A stretch of DNA of 64,000 nucleotides from Trichodelitschia bisporula (taxonomy: Eukaryota): assembly GCA_010356995.1 (NCBI GenBank), contig ML996691.1, positions 998,174-1,062,173 of the forward strand. The letters are read 5' to 3'. Shown here piece by piece: positions 1 through 11,600 of this stretch. The translations under genes and the position numbers were made by a program. Position 1 is the first letter of the stretch; each line of letters opens with the position of its first letter. A model generated the notes under the pieces. It was not told the DNA's origin. It saw only the letters and a list, made by a program, of their open reading frames with translations, and made no database searches.

Positions 1-2493
1 CGCGAAGCTCTCATGCGTCTTGGCAAGCGTGTCGAGATCTGGCAGTCCTCGGGCAAGATGGCCTGGAAGGTGGTCAAGCAGGCCTCACCGGGCAATCTGC
101 AGGATGTGGAGGAAGAGCTGGGGGGGCAGATGGATAGCGCGCCTATCATCCTTGCGGTTAAGATTCAGGCTCGTGCGGCGGAGACGAGGTCCGTTGGTGT
201 CGCGTTTGCGGATGCGAGTGTCCGTGAGCTTGGTGTGGCGGAGTTTGTGGATAATGAGTTGTACTCGAATTTCGAGGCGCTTGTTATCCAGCTCGGGGTG
301 CGCGAGATCTTGGTCGTGGCGGATGCGGCGAGGAAGGATATTGAGCTGGCTAAGCTACGGAATATCGGGGATGCGTGTGGGTGCGCGGTGTCGGAGCGTG
401 CGGGTGGAGATTTTACCACCAAGGACATCGAGCAGGATCTTAGCCGGTTGCTTCGCGAGGAGGGGCGTGCGGGACAGTTGCCACAGGCGGATCTGAGACT
501 TGCTATGGGGTCGGCGGCGGCGCTGATCAAGTATCTGGGCGTCATGTCGGATGCGTCTAACTTTGGCCAGTATCAGCTGTACCAGCACGACTTGACGCAG
601 TACATGAAGCTCGATGCTTCCGCGCTCAAGGCGCTGAATCTAATGCCTGGACTGCGGGATGGCGCAAAGAACATGAGCCTTTACGGGCTGCTGAATCACT
701 GCAAAACGCCGGTTGGGAGCAGATTACTGGCGCAGTGGCTCAAGCAGCCGCTCATGGATGTCAAGGAGATTGAGCGGAGGCAGCAGCTGGTCGAGGCGTT
801 TGTCGTGGATACAGAGCTGCGGCAGACGATACAGGAGGAGCACATGCGTTCCATTCCGGATTTGTACCGGCTGGCTAAGAAGTTCCAGCGCAAGAAGGCG
901 AATCTCGAGGACGTGGTTCGCGCGTACCAGGTCGCTATCCGGCTTCCCGGATTTGTGGGCACGCTTGAGGGTGTCATGGACGAGCAATACAAGGACCCGC
1001 TGGACACAGAGTACACGAGGAAGCTGCAGGAATGCTCGGAGGCCCTAGCCAAATTGCAAGAGATGGTCGAGACTTCGGTTGATCTTGAGGCTCTGGATAA
1101 CCACGAGTTCATCATCAAGCCCGAATTCGACGATGGTCTGCGCGTCATCAAGAAGCAACTTGACAACACAAAAGTCGAAATTGAGCAAGAGCACAAGCGC
1201 GTCGGTCGCGATCTCCACCAGGACACGGAGAAGAAGCTCATGCTGGAACATCACCGTGTACACGGCTGGTGCTTCCGCCTCACGCGCGCCGAGTCCGGGT
1301 GCATCCGCAACAATCGCGAATACCAGGAGATCTCAACGCAGAAGAACGGTGTGTACTTCACCACCCACACGCTGAGCACCCTGCGGCGCACACACGACGA
1401 CCTAGCCAACAAATACAACCGCACGCAAAGCGGGCTCGTCGCCGAGGTGGTGGGCGTAGCTGCATCCTACTGCCCCGTCTTCGAGAAACTCGCCGGCATC
1501 CTCGCGCATCTCGACGTCATCGTCAGCTTCGCCCACGTCTCCGTCCACGCCCCAACATCCTACGTGCGGCCCAAGATCCACCCGCGCGGCACCGGCAACA
1601 CGATTCTCAAGGAAGCGCGCCACCCGTGCATGGAGGCGCAGGACGATATCCAATTCATTACCAACGACGTCGCGCTCGAGCGGGGCAAATCCGAGTTCCT
1701 AATCATCACCGGGCCGAATATGGGCGGTAAATCGACGTACATCCGGCAAATCGGCGTCATCGCACTGATGGCGCAAACGGGCTGCTTCGTCCCCTGCACG
1801 GAAGCCGAACTCACCATCTACGACTGCATTCTCGCGCGCGTCGGCGCCAGCGACTCACAACTCAAAGGCGTGTCCACCTTCATGGCCGAAATGCTCGAGA
1901 CAGCCAACATCCTCAAGTCCGCGACCAAGGAGTCACTCATCATCATCGACGAGCTTGGCCGCGGTACAAGCACGTATGACGGCTTCGGGCTCGCGTGGGC
2001 GATTTCCGAGCACATTGTCAATGAAATCGGCGCGTTTGCGCTGTTCGCCACGCACTTCCACGAGCTGACCGCGCTGGCGGACAGCCATCCGCAAGTGAGC
2101 AATCTGCATGTGGTGGCGCACATCGACGGGCAGGGCGACAAGCGCGAGGTGACGCTGCTGTACAAGGTGGCCCCAGGAATCTGCGATCAGTCGTTCGGGA
2201 TCCACGTCGCGGAGCTCGTGCGCTTCCCGGAGAAAGTCGTCGCCATGGCGAAGCGGAAGGCGGATGAGCTGGAGGATTTCACTGGGAAGCATGAGAATCT
2301 GGATGTGGAGGCGAGCGCTGAGGATGTGGAGAAGGGGAGCATGCTGCTGAAGGAGGTGCTGAAGAAGTGGCGTGATGAGACGGAGGGCAAGGGCCTGAGC
2401 GCGGAGAAGCAGGTGGAGATAATGCGGCGGCTGGTGAAGGCCAACAGCGACTTGCTTGCTAACCCGTTTTTCAAGGCGGTCCAGGCGCTGTAG
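1..2493 (+). CDS. MSH2: DNA mismatch repair protein MutS homolog 2, 5'-truncated by the window edge
   Basis: Frame is open from base 1. Walker A ITGPNMGGKSTYIRQ, STFMAEMLET, DELGRGTSTYDGFGLAW, FATHFHELT and SFGIHVAE are MutS ATPase motifs of MSH2 type. Confidence 0.97.
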   Translation, partial: REALMRLGKRVEIWQSSGKMAWKVVKQASPGNLQDVEEELGGQMDSAPIILAVKIQARAAETRSVGVAFADASVRELGVAEFVDNELYSNFEALVIQLGVREILVVADAARKDIELAKLRNIGDACGCAVSERAGGDFTTKDIEQDLSRLLREEGRAGQLPQADLRLAMGSAAALIKYLGVMSDASNFGQYQLYQHDLTQYMKLDASALKALNLMPGLRDGAKNMSLYGLLNHCKTPVGSRLLAQWLKQPLMDVKEIERRQQLVEAFVVDTELRQTIQEEHMRSIPDLYRLAKKFQRKKANLEDVVRAYQVAIRLPGFVGTLEGVMDEQYKDPLDTEYTRKLQECSEALAKLQEMVETSVDLEALDNHEFIIKPEFDDGLRVIKKQLDNTKVEIEQEHKRVGRDLHQDTEKKLMLEHHRVHGWCFRLTRAESGCIRNNREYQEISTQKNGVYFTTHTLSTLRRTHDDLANKYNRTQSGLVAEVVGVAASYCPVFEKLAGILAHLDVIVSFAHVSVHAPTSYVRPKIHPRGTGNTILKEARHPCMEAQDDIQFITNDVALERGKSEFLIITGPNMGGKSTYIRQIGVIALMAQTGCFVPCTEAELTIYDCILARVGASDSQLKGVSTFMAEMLETANILKSATKESLIIIDELGRGTSTYDGFGLAWAISEHIVNEIGAFALFATHFHELTALADSHPQVSNLHVVAHIDGQGDKREVTLLYKVAPGICDQSFGIHVAELVRFPEKVVAMAKRKADELEDFTGKHENLDVEASAEDVEKGSMLLKEVLKKWRDETEGKGLSAEKQVEIMRRLVKANSDLLANPFFKAVQAL

Positions 2494-3356
2494 GCATCTA
2501 CAACGCCTGATGGGTAGATTGTTCCTGGCGTTTGGTAGTGGGCGCGAATCATGTGTTCGGGTGTTCAATCAAGGCGTAGATAAGGGTTAGTCTAGGAGTA
2601 CTTACCCACGGAGACCGAGTTAGGGCGAATTTGTAGGCTCTTTAGCCATAACGATAGAATATTGACTACGAAAGGGCATATACTATGTGCCTAAGCGTGT
2701 TTACGCAAGCTCTTCCCAAACCATGTTGGTGCGAGGCTATACACGTGATGCGGACGTCTCCTCCCGGTCTCATTCCCCTGCTAATGACCACGACGACACC
2801 TCTCCGGATCTTCCGAACTATATGCATCTATATACGACGAACATCCCCCGCACCCATGCTTGTGCGTCCCAAGAAGCGTTCGTGTCCCTTAATGCTGACG
2901 CCAGGGTTTTCAATTTGTCCGCGAGCAACCAGGGGCTGAGAGAAAAGACGCAACCTTGCCTGCTGCGGAATCGGCTCTGGCAGTGAGCTGTGACTTTTTG
3001 GATCCGATTCGGCCATTGGCTCTCGCGCTGCACGTCTAGATCTAGATGGCTTAGATCGCGACGCTTGCCCCACCGAGATCGTGCCCGTGCCTGTCTCAAA
3101 ATGATACACCCCTTGCCTCTCCGGCGCGCGCCGCGCGGCGGCAGTTCCTCTCCTCACCCCGGCGGAGGACTACATCTCGGGCGATGAGCGGTTAAGAGGC
3201 CGTTAAATCTGCAATGTGCGCAAAGTAGCAGCCCTGTGTCGTAGCGAGGTGGTATACATACTATCCGTAGGCACCCGCGGGCGTTCCTCTCCTTCACGCC
3301 CCGTCTGTCGTTCTTTCCCACGCCCCTCGTTTGACAGGATACTGCAAGCCGCCATC

Positions 3357-5535
3357 ATGCGGTCCGCCTTCGCCCTCCTTGCCGCCTTCCCGCTGGCCCT
3401 CGGCATGCCCCACGGGCCCGATGGGGACATGCCGGCTGCACCGAAGCCCGCTACCCCGAGTGCCGCCGTCACGGCCCCGAAACCCGCTGGCCCTGCTCCA
3501 GCGATCGCACCGACCGGCGCCGTAGCCGGCAAAACCGTCACGCCAGCGGGATGCAAAGCCCTCAACTCCGACGCCGACTTCCCGACACTCGCCGAGGTCC
3601 GCGCCGTCCTGCCCGAAGCCGAACCCCGTCCGGTGCCCAAAGGGTTCAGCCTCGGGGGCAAGCGGCCGGATTACCTAGTGCGGGCCGAGACGGTAGCGGA
3701 CGTGCAAGCAGCGGTGAAGCTCGCGGCGAAGCGCAACTTGCGGCTCTCGGTGATCAACTCCGGGCATGATTTCCTCGGGCGGAATGATGCACCGAGTGGT
3801 TTGAGTCTGGATGTTAGCCTCCTGGGGGGCGTGCGGGTGTTGGAGAGTTTTACGCCTACTGAGAAGGGTGCGGAGAAGCCGGGGAAGGCGCCGAATACCA
3901 TCGTTCCGGTGAAGGGGAAGCAGGCGGCGGTTACGTTTGGGGCGGGATTGAGTACCCAGCGGTTGAATAATCTAATTTTTCCGTCGAAGTTGCTGACCAT
4001 GGGGGCGGCACATGGAAGTGTTTCCGTTGCGGGCGGCTGGGGGCAGACGGCTGGGCATGGTGAGTGCGCCGAAGTTTAGCTAGCAAGGCTGATGATATCC
4101 AGGGCCCTTGACGCCGGTGTACGGCCTCGGAGTCGACCAGTTCCTCGGTACGGCCCCCTCGCACTCCTATCCACCATCCTAACCCCTCCAGAATTCAAAG
4201 TCGTCACCGCAGACGGCCAACTCCGCGTTGCGAACAAAGTTTCAAACCCCGACCTGTTCTGGGCCCTCCGCGGCGGCGGCGGCGGCACTTTCGGTGTCGT
4301 CGTCGAAGCCACTGTAAAAGCCTACCCCGACATCCCCGTCACCGTAACAACCTGGTGGATGAACACGACGGCCGAGGAGCACGGCCTCTGGGATGCGTAC
4401 GGTTACCTGCACACGCAATTCCCGGATATGGTCGCACGCGGCATCAGCGGGTACTACTATATCTACCCGGGCGCCATGCGCGCCATGATGGTGCACGTCG
4501 GCAACACAACTGCAACCGCCGCGGCGGCCTCATTCTGGAAACCGCACTTGGAGAAAATGGCCTCCTTCCCCGGCGTCAAGCCCGCCGAGACCCAGATCTC
4601 AGAGTACGACTCCTTCAAAGCGTACTTTGACTCGCGCTTCGGCGCCATCGACAAGCCCGCCTGCGGGTCCGTCGTGCCCGCGCCGCACAAGCAGAAGCGC
4701 CATGGGCCGGGCATGGAAATGGCGGCCCCACGGCCAAATGGCGCAGTGCCCCTCGACAGCCGCCTGTTGGGCGCGAAGCACTTCGCGCACCCAGACCTCG
4801 TAGCTGCTTTTAAGGCAACGGCGTCGAAGGGCTTGGGTGGCGTGTCGATGCCGAGTTTACAAGGGCATTTGGTTGCGGGCGGGAAAGCAGCACATCCGGA
4901 TGATGATACCGCCGTGCTGCCAGCGTGGCGCAACGCGCTGGTGCATTTGATCGGGACGCGGATTCCGGGAGTGGTGAGCGTGGATAGCTTGCGGAAGATT
5001 TCGCCGGACTCAGGGGCATACGCAAACGAGGTCAGCCGAGAACACTCTAGATTGACTGCAGGAGCTAACACGCGGGGGTCAGGCGTACTACCTTGAGGAG
5101 AATTGGAAAGAGACCTTCTGGGGCGCCAACTACCCGAAGCTCTCCACCATCAAAACCAAATACGACCCCGACATGCTCTTCTGGGCCACACCAGGCATAA
5201 ACGCTGACCTCCTCGAAGCCCGGCCTGACGGCCGCGTATGCCGCGTCACGACGCCGTACACCAGGAACACGCCGCCGCGCAGCGATAACTCGGTATCGGC
5301 GCTCGGCGGGGCGGTGATTACGAATCCCGATTCCATGTCTGGATTTCCCAAGGGGAATGGCACGGCGAAGGGACTGCAGATCCCGCCGGCCCTGCTGTCA
5401 GCGTTGGCGAAGGGGACTGGCTTGCCGAAGTCGTCTGGCTCGGGTAATCTGGGTGCCCTTGGTGTGCCTGCTGCTGTGTTTCCCACACCGACTGGGGCGG
5501 CGGCAAAGGAGACGGCTTGTGCTGGAGGACACTAA
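3357..5535 (+). CDS. Secreted FAD-binding oxidoreductase, berberine-bridge-enzyme/VAO-like, 3 introns
   Basis: Signal-peptide-like start MRSAFALLAAFPLALG. SGHDFLGR FAD-attachment motif, DLFWALRGGGGGTFGVV, and C-terminal BBE segment YANE..FWGANYPKLSTIKTKYDPDMLF. Introns at about 4060-4102, 4148-4191 and 5030-5082. Confidence 0.9.
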
Positions 5536-5694
5536 AACTTGGATTTAGCTGGGTATATAGTTGCAGTGGTAAAATACCAAGTGAGGATATCATAAACTGA
5601 CTACTATGAGGGGAAGGCCCAAGGAAGTCGTAGGGTAATGGAAGTGTAGGCATGAAACGTGCAACAGCTACGGTGTGAAGTGAAAGCTTGATAA

Positions 5695-5780
5695 AAGACG
5701 AAGAGAAGAAGAAGAAGAAGAAGAAGAGACGGAGAAGAAGAAGAAGAGACAGAGAAGAAGAAGAAGAGAGAGAAGAGACG
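5695..5780. repeat. Interrupted (GAA)n / purine-rich microsatellite
   Basis: About 85 nt of almost only A and G on the + strand, mostly GAA units interrupted by GAGAC. Confidence 0.9.
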
Positions 5781-6560
5781 CTCGAGACTGAGTACACGAC
5801 GTGGCAAATGTCTTCCCATGTTCTTTCCTTCCATCATGAGCAAATTTGCCATGCTCCTTCCTTCCATCGTGTGCGCATTACATCATGTGCACCTTCCATT
5901 GGCATGCCCCTACCCAATACTGATATGCTCTCTCCAACAGTAAGTATGATGCCTTGGTGCCATACATGCCTCAATGCTCCCCTTCCGCCTCAGGTGTCCA
6001 TACCACAGGGCGTGAGGTTATCGAATGGGGATTGCAAGTCCAAAAGAGCTTTAGATCCAACGCTCGTCAACTCATAGCGAAAGTCGTGGTCAGCAAACCG
6101 TTGCTCGCAGTCAGATTGTTGACAATATTGACAGATTAGTGTCTACGAGAAGCCAGCCGTGGCCTGTACACCGTGGGTCCATTCAACAACCGCCCCGTCA
6201 TCCGTGGGTATCTGAGGGATAAACCGCATGCGTAGTATAAAACACCTCCCTCCCGCACCACCAGATCACAAAGGAGAAAATCCCGAAGCAAATACGGCTC
6301 TGCCCACCCCGAACGCCCCTCACTTTGATGCCCATCCCACCCTTGTTAGATAGACCCATTTCGCAGAACAAGTACAAGGGCTGCCCCCACCATGCAGAGG
6401 CTATGAAAACATGAAAGCAGAAAAGCAAGTGCATCACAACGCCGCGCAGTAAGAGAACACCGCCGTCATATGCAATGGTGCATGAAACCCGCCGACCCCG
6501 ACACCTCCCGATAAGAAATCCAACAACATGAGAGTCAACCTCTTACACACATCCAAGCCG

Positions 6561-8003
6561 CTAGCTGTACGAGAGGCAGTCATCCAGAACCCCGGAGAGG
6601 GCGTTGTGGTCGCCGCTGGCCCCGGGGAGCCAAAAGAATTCGGGATCATCGATATTCATGTCATCCTCGTTGCGATGTCCGTTGACGGTCGTCCCGTTCG
6701 TCTTTGGTGCACTCATCGTACTGGATCGCATGTCGTCCGTCTCGCGCTCGTCCTCGTCCTCAATGTATGTGCCGATCAACAGGGTTTCGTTGAGTAGGCG
6801 CGATTGCGAAAGATAGTTGTTACCGAGTAAAAGGGCTACCTTGAGGTCTGCTAGGCTCAAGGGTCGCCATTTCGCCTCAGCCTCTACTTCCACTGGCAGC
6901 AAGCCAGCGGCATTCCGCTGCACCGAGCCTGTACCAGTCTTGGCTACTGCTTCCTGGTATTCGTATTGCCGCCGATATTTGGTCGTCTTGACGAAGTTGG
7001 CACCGTTAGTGCGGACGCGACTGATTAGGTCTGATAGAAGCTCCTTGATGAATGTTTCCGTCGCGATATTCATGAATTCAGAGCTTCCAGCAGTGCAACC
7101 TTTCACGAGGCCTTCTTCATAGCACATTGGAACCATTCGTGCTTGCAGGGACTCGGCGTCGGGGAATTCATTGGACTCGGAGAATAGGGGCTGAGCATAG
7201 CGTTTCCCTATCTCAAGTTCCCAATCTGTGGTAAATATGCGTTAGACTCGTCCTCATGCTCTCCAGAGAACCCCGAGCTACTTACTCGTCTTGTCCGATC
7301 CGCCGGCACTGAAGGACGGTTGCCTGATGTACCGCGACTCTAACAGCTGCTGCGTCGAGGCTTGAAAAGCGTCATCGTGTTCCTAGGCATGTTAGCCTTC
7401 TAGTCCGTCTCGTCGCACCCACCCAGTATACGACTCACATTCTGAATTCCCTTTAGACGGTGCCGCTCGCGCGCAGGAAGCTGCATTATGTCCGTCTTCA
7501 GGCGTTGTTCCATGGCATCACCGGTGGCGGGCTTGATCCCAGTGGTAGGCTTGTCGTTCGCCGACACCCAGCTCGCCACGCCAGGCTCGGGAGGATCTCT
7601 CGCCGCATTTGCAAGGACGGCGACACAGAATTGATTGTGTAAACGGACGGTCTCTCGATTACTGCAAATGAAGGGGTCGATCTTGCGAGCGAGCTCAGCT
7701 TGGTTGATGCGACCTAGGAAACCTGTCAGTGCGCATGCACGCATAGGCCATATCCCGCAAACGCATACCGAGCAAGAAAAGTGATATAGACTCTTTGTAC
7801 AGATTCCAGTCGTCTCCCGTCGCCGCCTTTAGTGCCGAATAGAGGGGCTCCATGTTGATTCTTGGCGCCTTCGGACTTGATGGTACAGCAGGTTTGGGGA
7901 GCGGGCGCGACGCCGATGCGGTGCCATTTGCAAGCGCCTTGGAGTTTGATGCTCCAGGCACAGGCGTCTGGTTGTGCGAGTCGCCCGCCATGGTGGATGG
8001 CAT
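6561..8003 (-). CDS. ADA1: SAGA complex subunit Ada1/Hfi1 (Tad1 domain), 3 introns
   Basis: RINMEPLYSALKAATGDDWNLYKESISLFLLG, then RINQAEL..RLHNQF, RLKTDIMQLPARERHRLK, and MVPMCYEEGL..ATETFIKELL. Exons are joined by canonical introns. Confidence 0.85.
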
Positions 8004-8669
8004 GGTGTGCGCAAACGGTATAGAGGGAGGGGAAGATGCGGAGATGCGGAGATGCGGAGAGCGCAGAGACGCGCCGGGGACCCAACCGGAGGCGTGTCGA
8101 TGATGTTTCTCCGCTATGGAGTCAGTCACTAGAGATATGCCGATAAACGATGATGGAGTTGAGGCGCAGCGCTGTTGGTCGACACCCTACGTCGAGAGGG
8201 ACGGTCGTTGCGGTTGTCGTCGGGGGTCAATGCGACATGTGGAGGCGCCCGACAACACCCCCCATCGATGCTTCCGGATGTCGTCCTCGCAGGCTGGTTT
8301 CAAGGGCACAGAGCAAAGAGCGGTAGAATGGCGAAAGGTTCGGATAGCATCCCACGATACAGCGCGCGCATCAAATAAGGTCAAGGTCTTCAACGATCGC
8401 GACGAGGTGTCGTTAGCGAGTCTCCGCCCTAGAAACAGTGATCCATGGTCCGCGCGCAAGGCTCGCCCCCCCACGAAATCGGAAGGGGGCAGCAGAAATG
8501 TTACAACAAACGCCATCTTTTCAGCACAGCGCATATAATTATCGCTGTAGGCCATTTTGATGCAATTATCATGACGTTCATTCGCTTCTACGATTCTTTT
8601 GATATATTTGCTTCCCAAGATCATGGGCCGAGGCATGTAAATGTTCTCGAGTCTTTCTCCAAGCCGACA

Positions 8670-11600
8670 TCAGTCCTCGAAGCTACCTTCTCCCAAGTCT
8701 ACTCTGCCGACGCTCCACACTTCCCGCTCGTCTTCTTTCTCATCGCTCGCCAGCCCCAGCCCGCCTTGTCCACCTTCGGCTTCCCGTCGCTCCCTAGCCT
8801 GGTTGGCCAAGCGCAGCGCAATGCGCCTGAAGTAGTCTTGCATAGACCGCTTGGTGTTCGGCGGCAGGCTGCTCCCTCCAGGCCCAGCCATGTACTTTTC
8901 AAATACCGCGCTTTCCTCCTCCACGACAGAGAAAAGGGTAAGGAAGGCTGCTTCTGCAGAAAGCTTGACCGGAATGACGAGATCGCGTACGCTGGCAAAT
9001 ATTGGCGGCACGAGCAATGCGAGATGTGGGCGGATGAGGTCATTGTTTTCGCGACTCACCGTGCGCAAAACAACCAAGGCCAATCGCCGACTATCGACGG
9101 AGTTTCCAGGCGGAATTACAGCCGCCAGTGCCTGGAAGATTGTCTTGCACGTGTCGTAGCTCTTGTTTGTGGACGGAGCGAGGAGATACTTGCCCGCCGC
9201 TAAGATGCTATTCTCTTGGATGAAAGGTTGCTGGTGATATTAGCATCAATTACTACCACAAAGATCCGAAACTTACAGAGTCTCTGAGCCCCTGGCAAAC
9301 GTGAGACGGAAGTTCGTCAGCATAAGGCTCCAGTGTCTGCGCAGCTTCGGCGAGAACTGCATTCAATGACAAAGTAGACGACTTTGAAAGTTGGGGAGCG
9401 AGAACGCGGCTCTTGATAATTCCCGCAGCAGTGTCAGCTGGAAGAACCTTGACCAGTGCGCCGATGAGCTTTGCATTTGTGATCATCATGGAGTCTAGGA
9501 TGTTAGCATGTGTACGAGATAGGTTCGGAGATCATACCATCCACATCTTGCTGCTCGGCATCGATCAATCCTAAAATAAGGTTCCGCGAAACTTCATTCA
9601 TATTCGAGCCGGCTTTGCTGACGACTTCGTACAGCGCCTTCAGCATAGCGTTCTTGACACCAGGGTCCGTCGACTTCGCGCCAGTCACTAGTTCTGATAT
9701 GAGAGGATCGATGCGCGGTGTCAGAGTGATGAGAGTTCCCAAAGCCTTAGCAGCCCTCGTGCGAAGAACCTCACTTGACGTATCCGCAAGGGCCTTCGCA
9801 AACGTCCGCTGCAGCTGAGGAAGGAATGGCTTCAACAATGTCGGAATCTTGTCCAAAAGATTGTTGAGGGTAAACAGGATGGCAGCTGCGTAAGTATTAG
9901 ATACGAATGGTTTAGACAGTGAAAAGGGCATACCCTTGACATCTGCGGACCGGTCAGACACAACTCGGATCAGCGCGCCAGTGATATGCGTAACGAAAGG
10001 CTTCAGAGCATTGCTGCTAGCACGGTCAACGATATCAGAGAGCGCAAGCGCAGCTTGCGTGCGCTGGTCTGTGGTTCCATTCGTCAAGCCCTGGTAAAAG
10101 ATCGGTAGAATAGCGTTGATGCCTTTAGGAAGTTCGAATCCGCGCAGATTTGCGCCGGGGACGCCAACTTGCAGAAGAACCTGGCGTGTTGAAACAACCA
10201 GACTCTCCATTTCTTCTTTGCGAAGACGCTTGGTCAGCGCGTTCAGTGCGGCCCATGCGGTCTTGACAACTTCCGTGTCCCTGTCATCAAATGAAAGAAG
10301 AAGAGCGCGGATGAGGTCTGGATAGTAGCGCGTAGCGTCGATCTCCACTTGCTCGAAGAATGTGGTCAGGTGCCGACATGCTTCAGACCGCCGGCGATGG
10401 TCGTCATGCTTAATGAATCCGAGCATCGCCGACATCGCAGTGCTGAGACCTTCATCTGCATCAACGGACGATAGAACGACATCAAAAGCCGTGCTGAGCT
10501 CTTCCCGAAGTTCGGGGTCCTCACACTCGATGAGGTTGTCCATGAGAGCATTGAAGACTTTTGGCAAACTCCGCGTAAGCGCTTTGATGGCGACCTCTGC
10601 GAGAGATGCGATCGCCTTGGCATTGAATACGGACATCGGACTCTTGATGAGGCTCGGAAGGAGAGTCGGAAGGATGACGTTCGAGCGAGTGCTGTCAGTG
10701 AGCAGAGTGAGCAAGGCCGATAGTGCGTTTTGGGCGTGCCCCTCCTCACGAAGAAGGTTGAGGAGATGCCTGAAAACATCGTCTACCGATTTCTTGCCCA
10801 ACACCTTTTGCAAAGAGTCAAAGGCCTCGGCAGCGGCTTCGCGCACGTCCGCATTCGAGTCGACGAGTGCGGTCTGTACGACGGCAATAAGGGTCTTTTC
10901 GTAGTCTTCCAGCGTATCGGGGGAAGCTGATGAGATGATTTCGCGCAGAGCTATGCAGATACCTTGCTTCGCATCCGCGTCGGGTGTGTGGAGGGCCTCC
11001 TCTAAGGTAGGAAGGAGGCTGGCCAGGACGCCTTCTCCAGCCTTGCGGATAAGTTCTCCAAGCGCATTGCCGGCAATAAGCTTTTGCTCCATATTGGAAC
11101 TGCCAATCCGGCGAATGATGAGTTGCGTAAGAGTGGGGATGATCTCGCGCAGCGTCCGAGGAGTTGCAACCAGGGCTTTCCACACGTTAATGGCCGCGGA
11201 ACGAACGAGGCCGGACGTGTCACAACGGCAAATGTAGATAGCAGAAAGCACACGGTTCCGCCGCTCCTCACCAAGCACCTCCAGAAGCGACTGGCCGGCC
11301 TCGGTCGCCCCCTCCTCGGCGTCATCCTGCTCCACCCTAGCCGTGATGCCAGTGAGATTGAAGAGGAGATCCCCAACCAACTCAACGGAGCTCAGGCGGA
11401 TACGGTAATTGTCATCTGCCAAGCCGCGCTCGAGTTCTGGCAGCAGAAGATCGATAGAGCGAGAAGAGAAGTTCTTGACGAGCAAACGGCCCGCCCGCAA
11501 GGCTGTCTCACGAATCGATTCAACCTCATCTGCCAAACCTGTAAGGATGGGAGGAATGATCTTGCTGAGGTAGTTCGAAAAGCTGTTGCCGAAGCAAGCT

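Noticed and set aside
5318..6077. ORFs of 159 and 129 aa across the GAA tract
   Set aside because: Low-complexity translations of a microsatellite.
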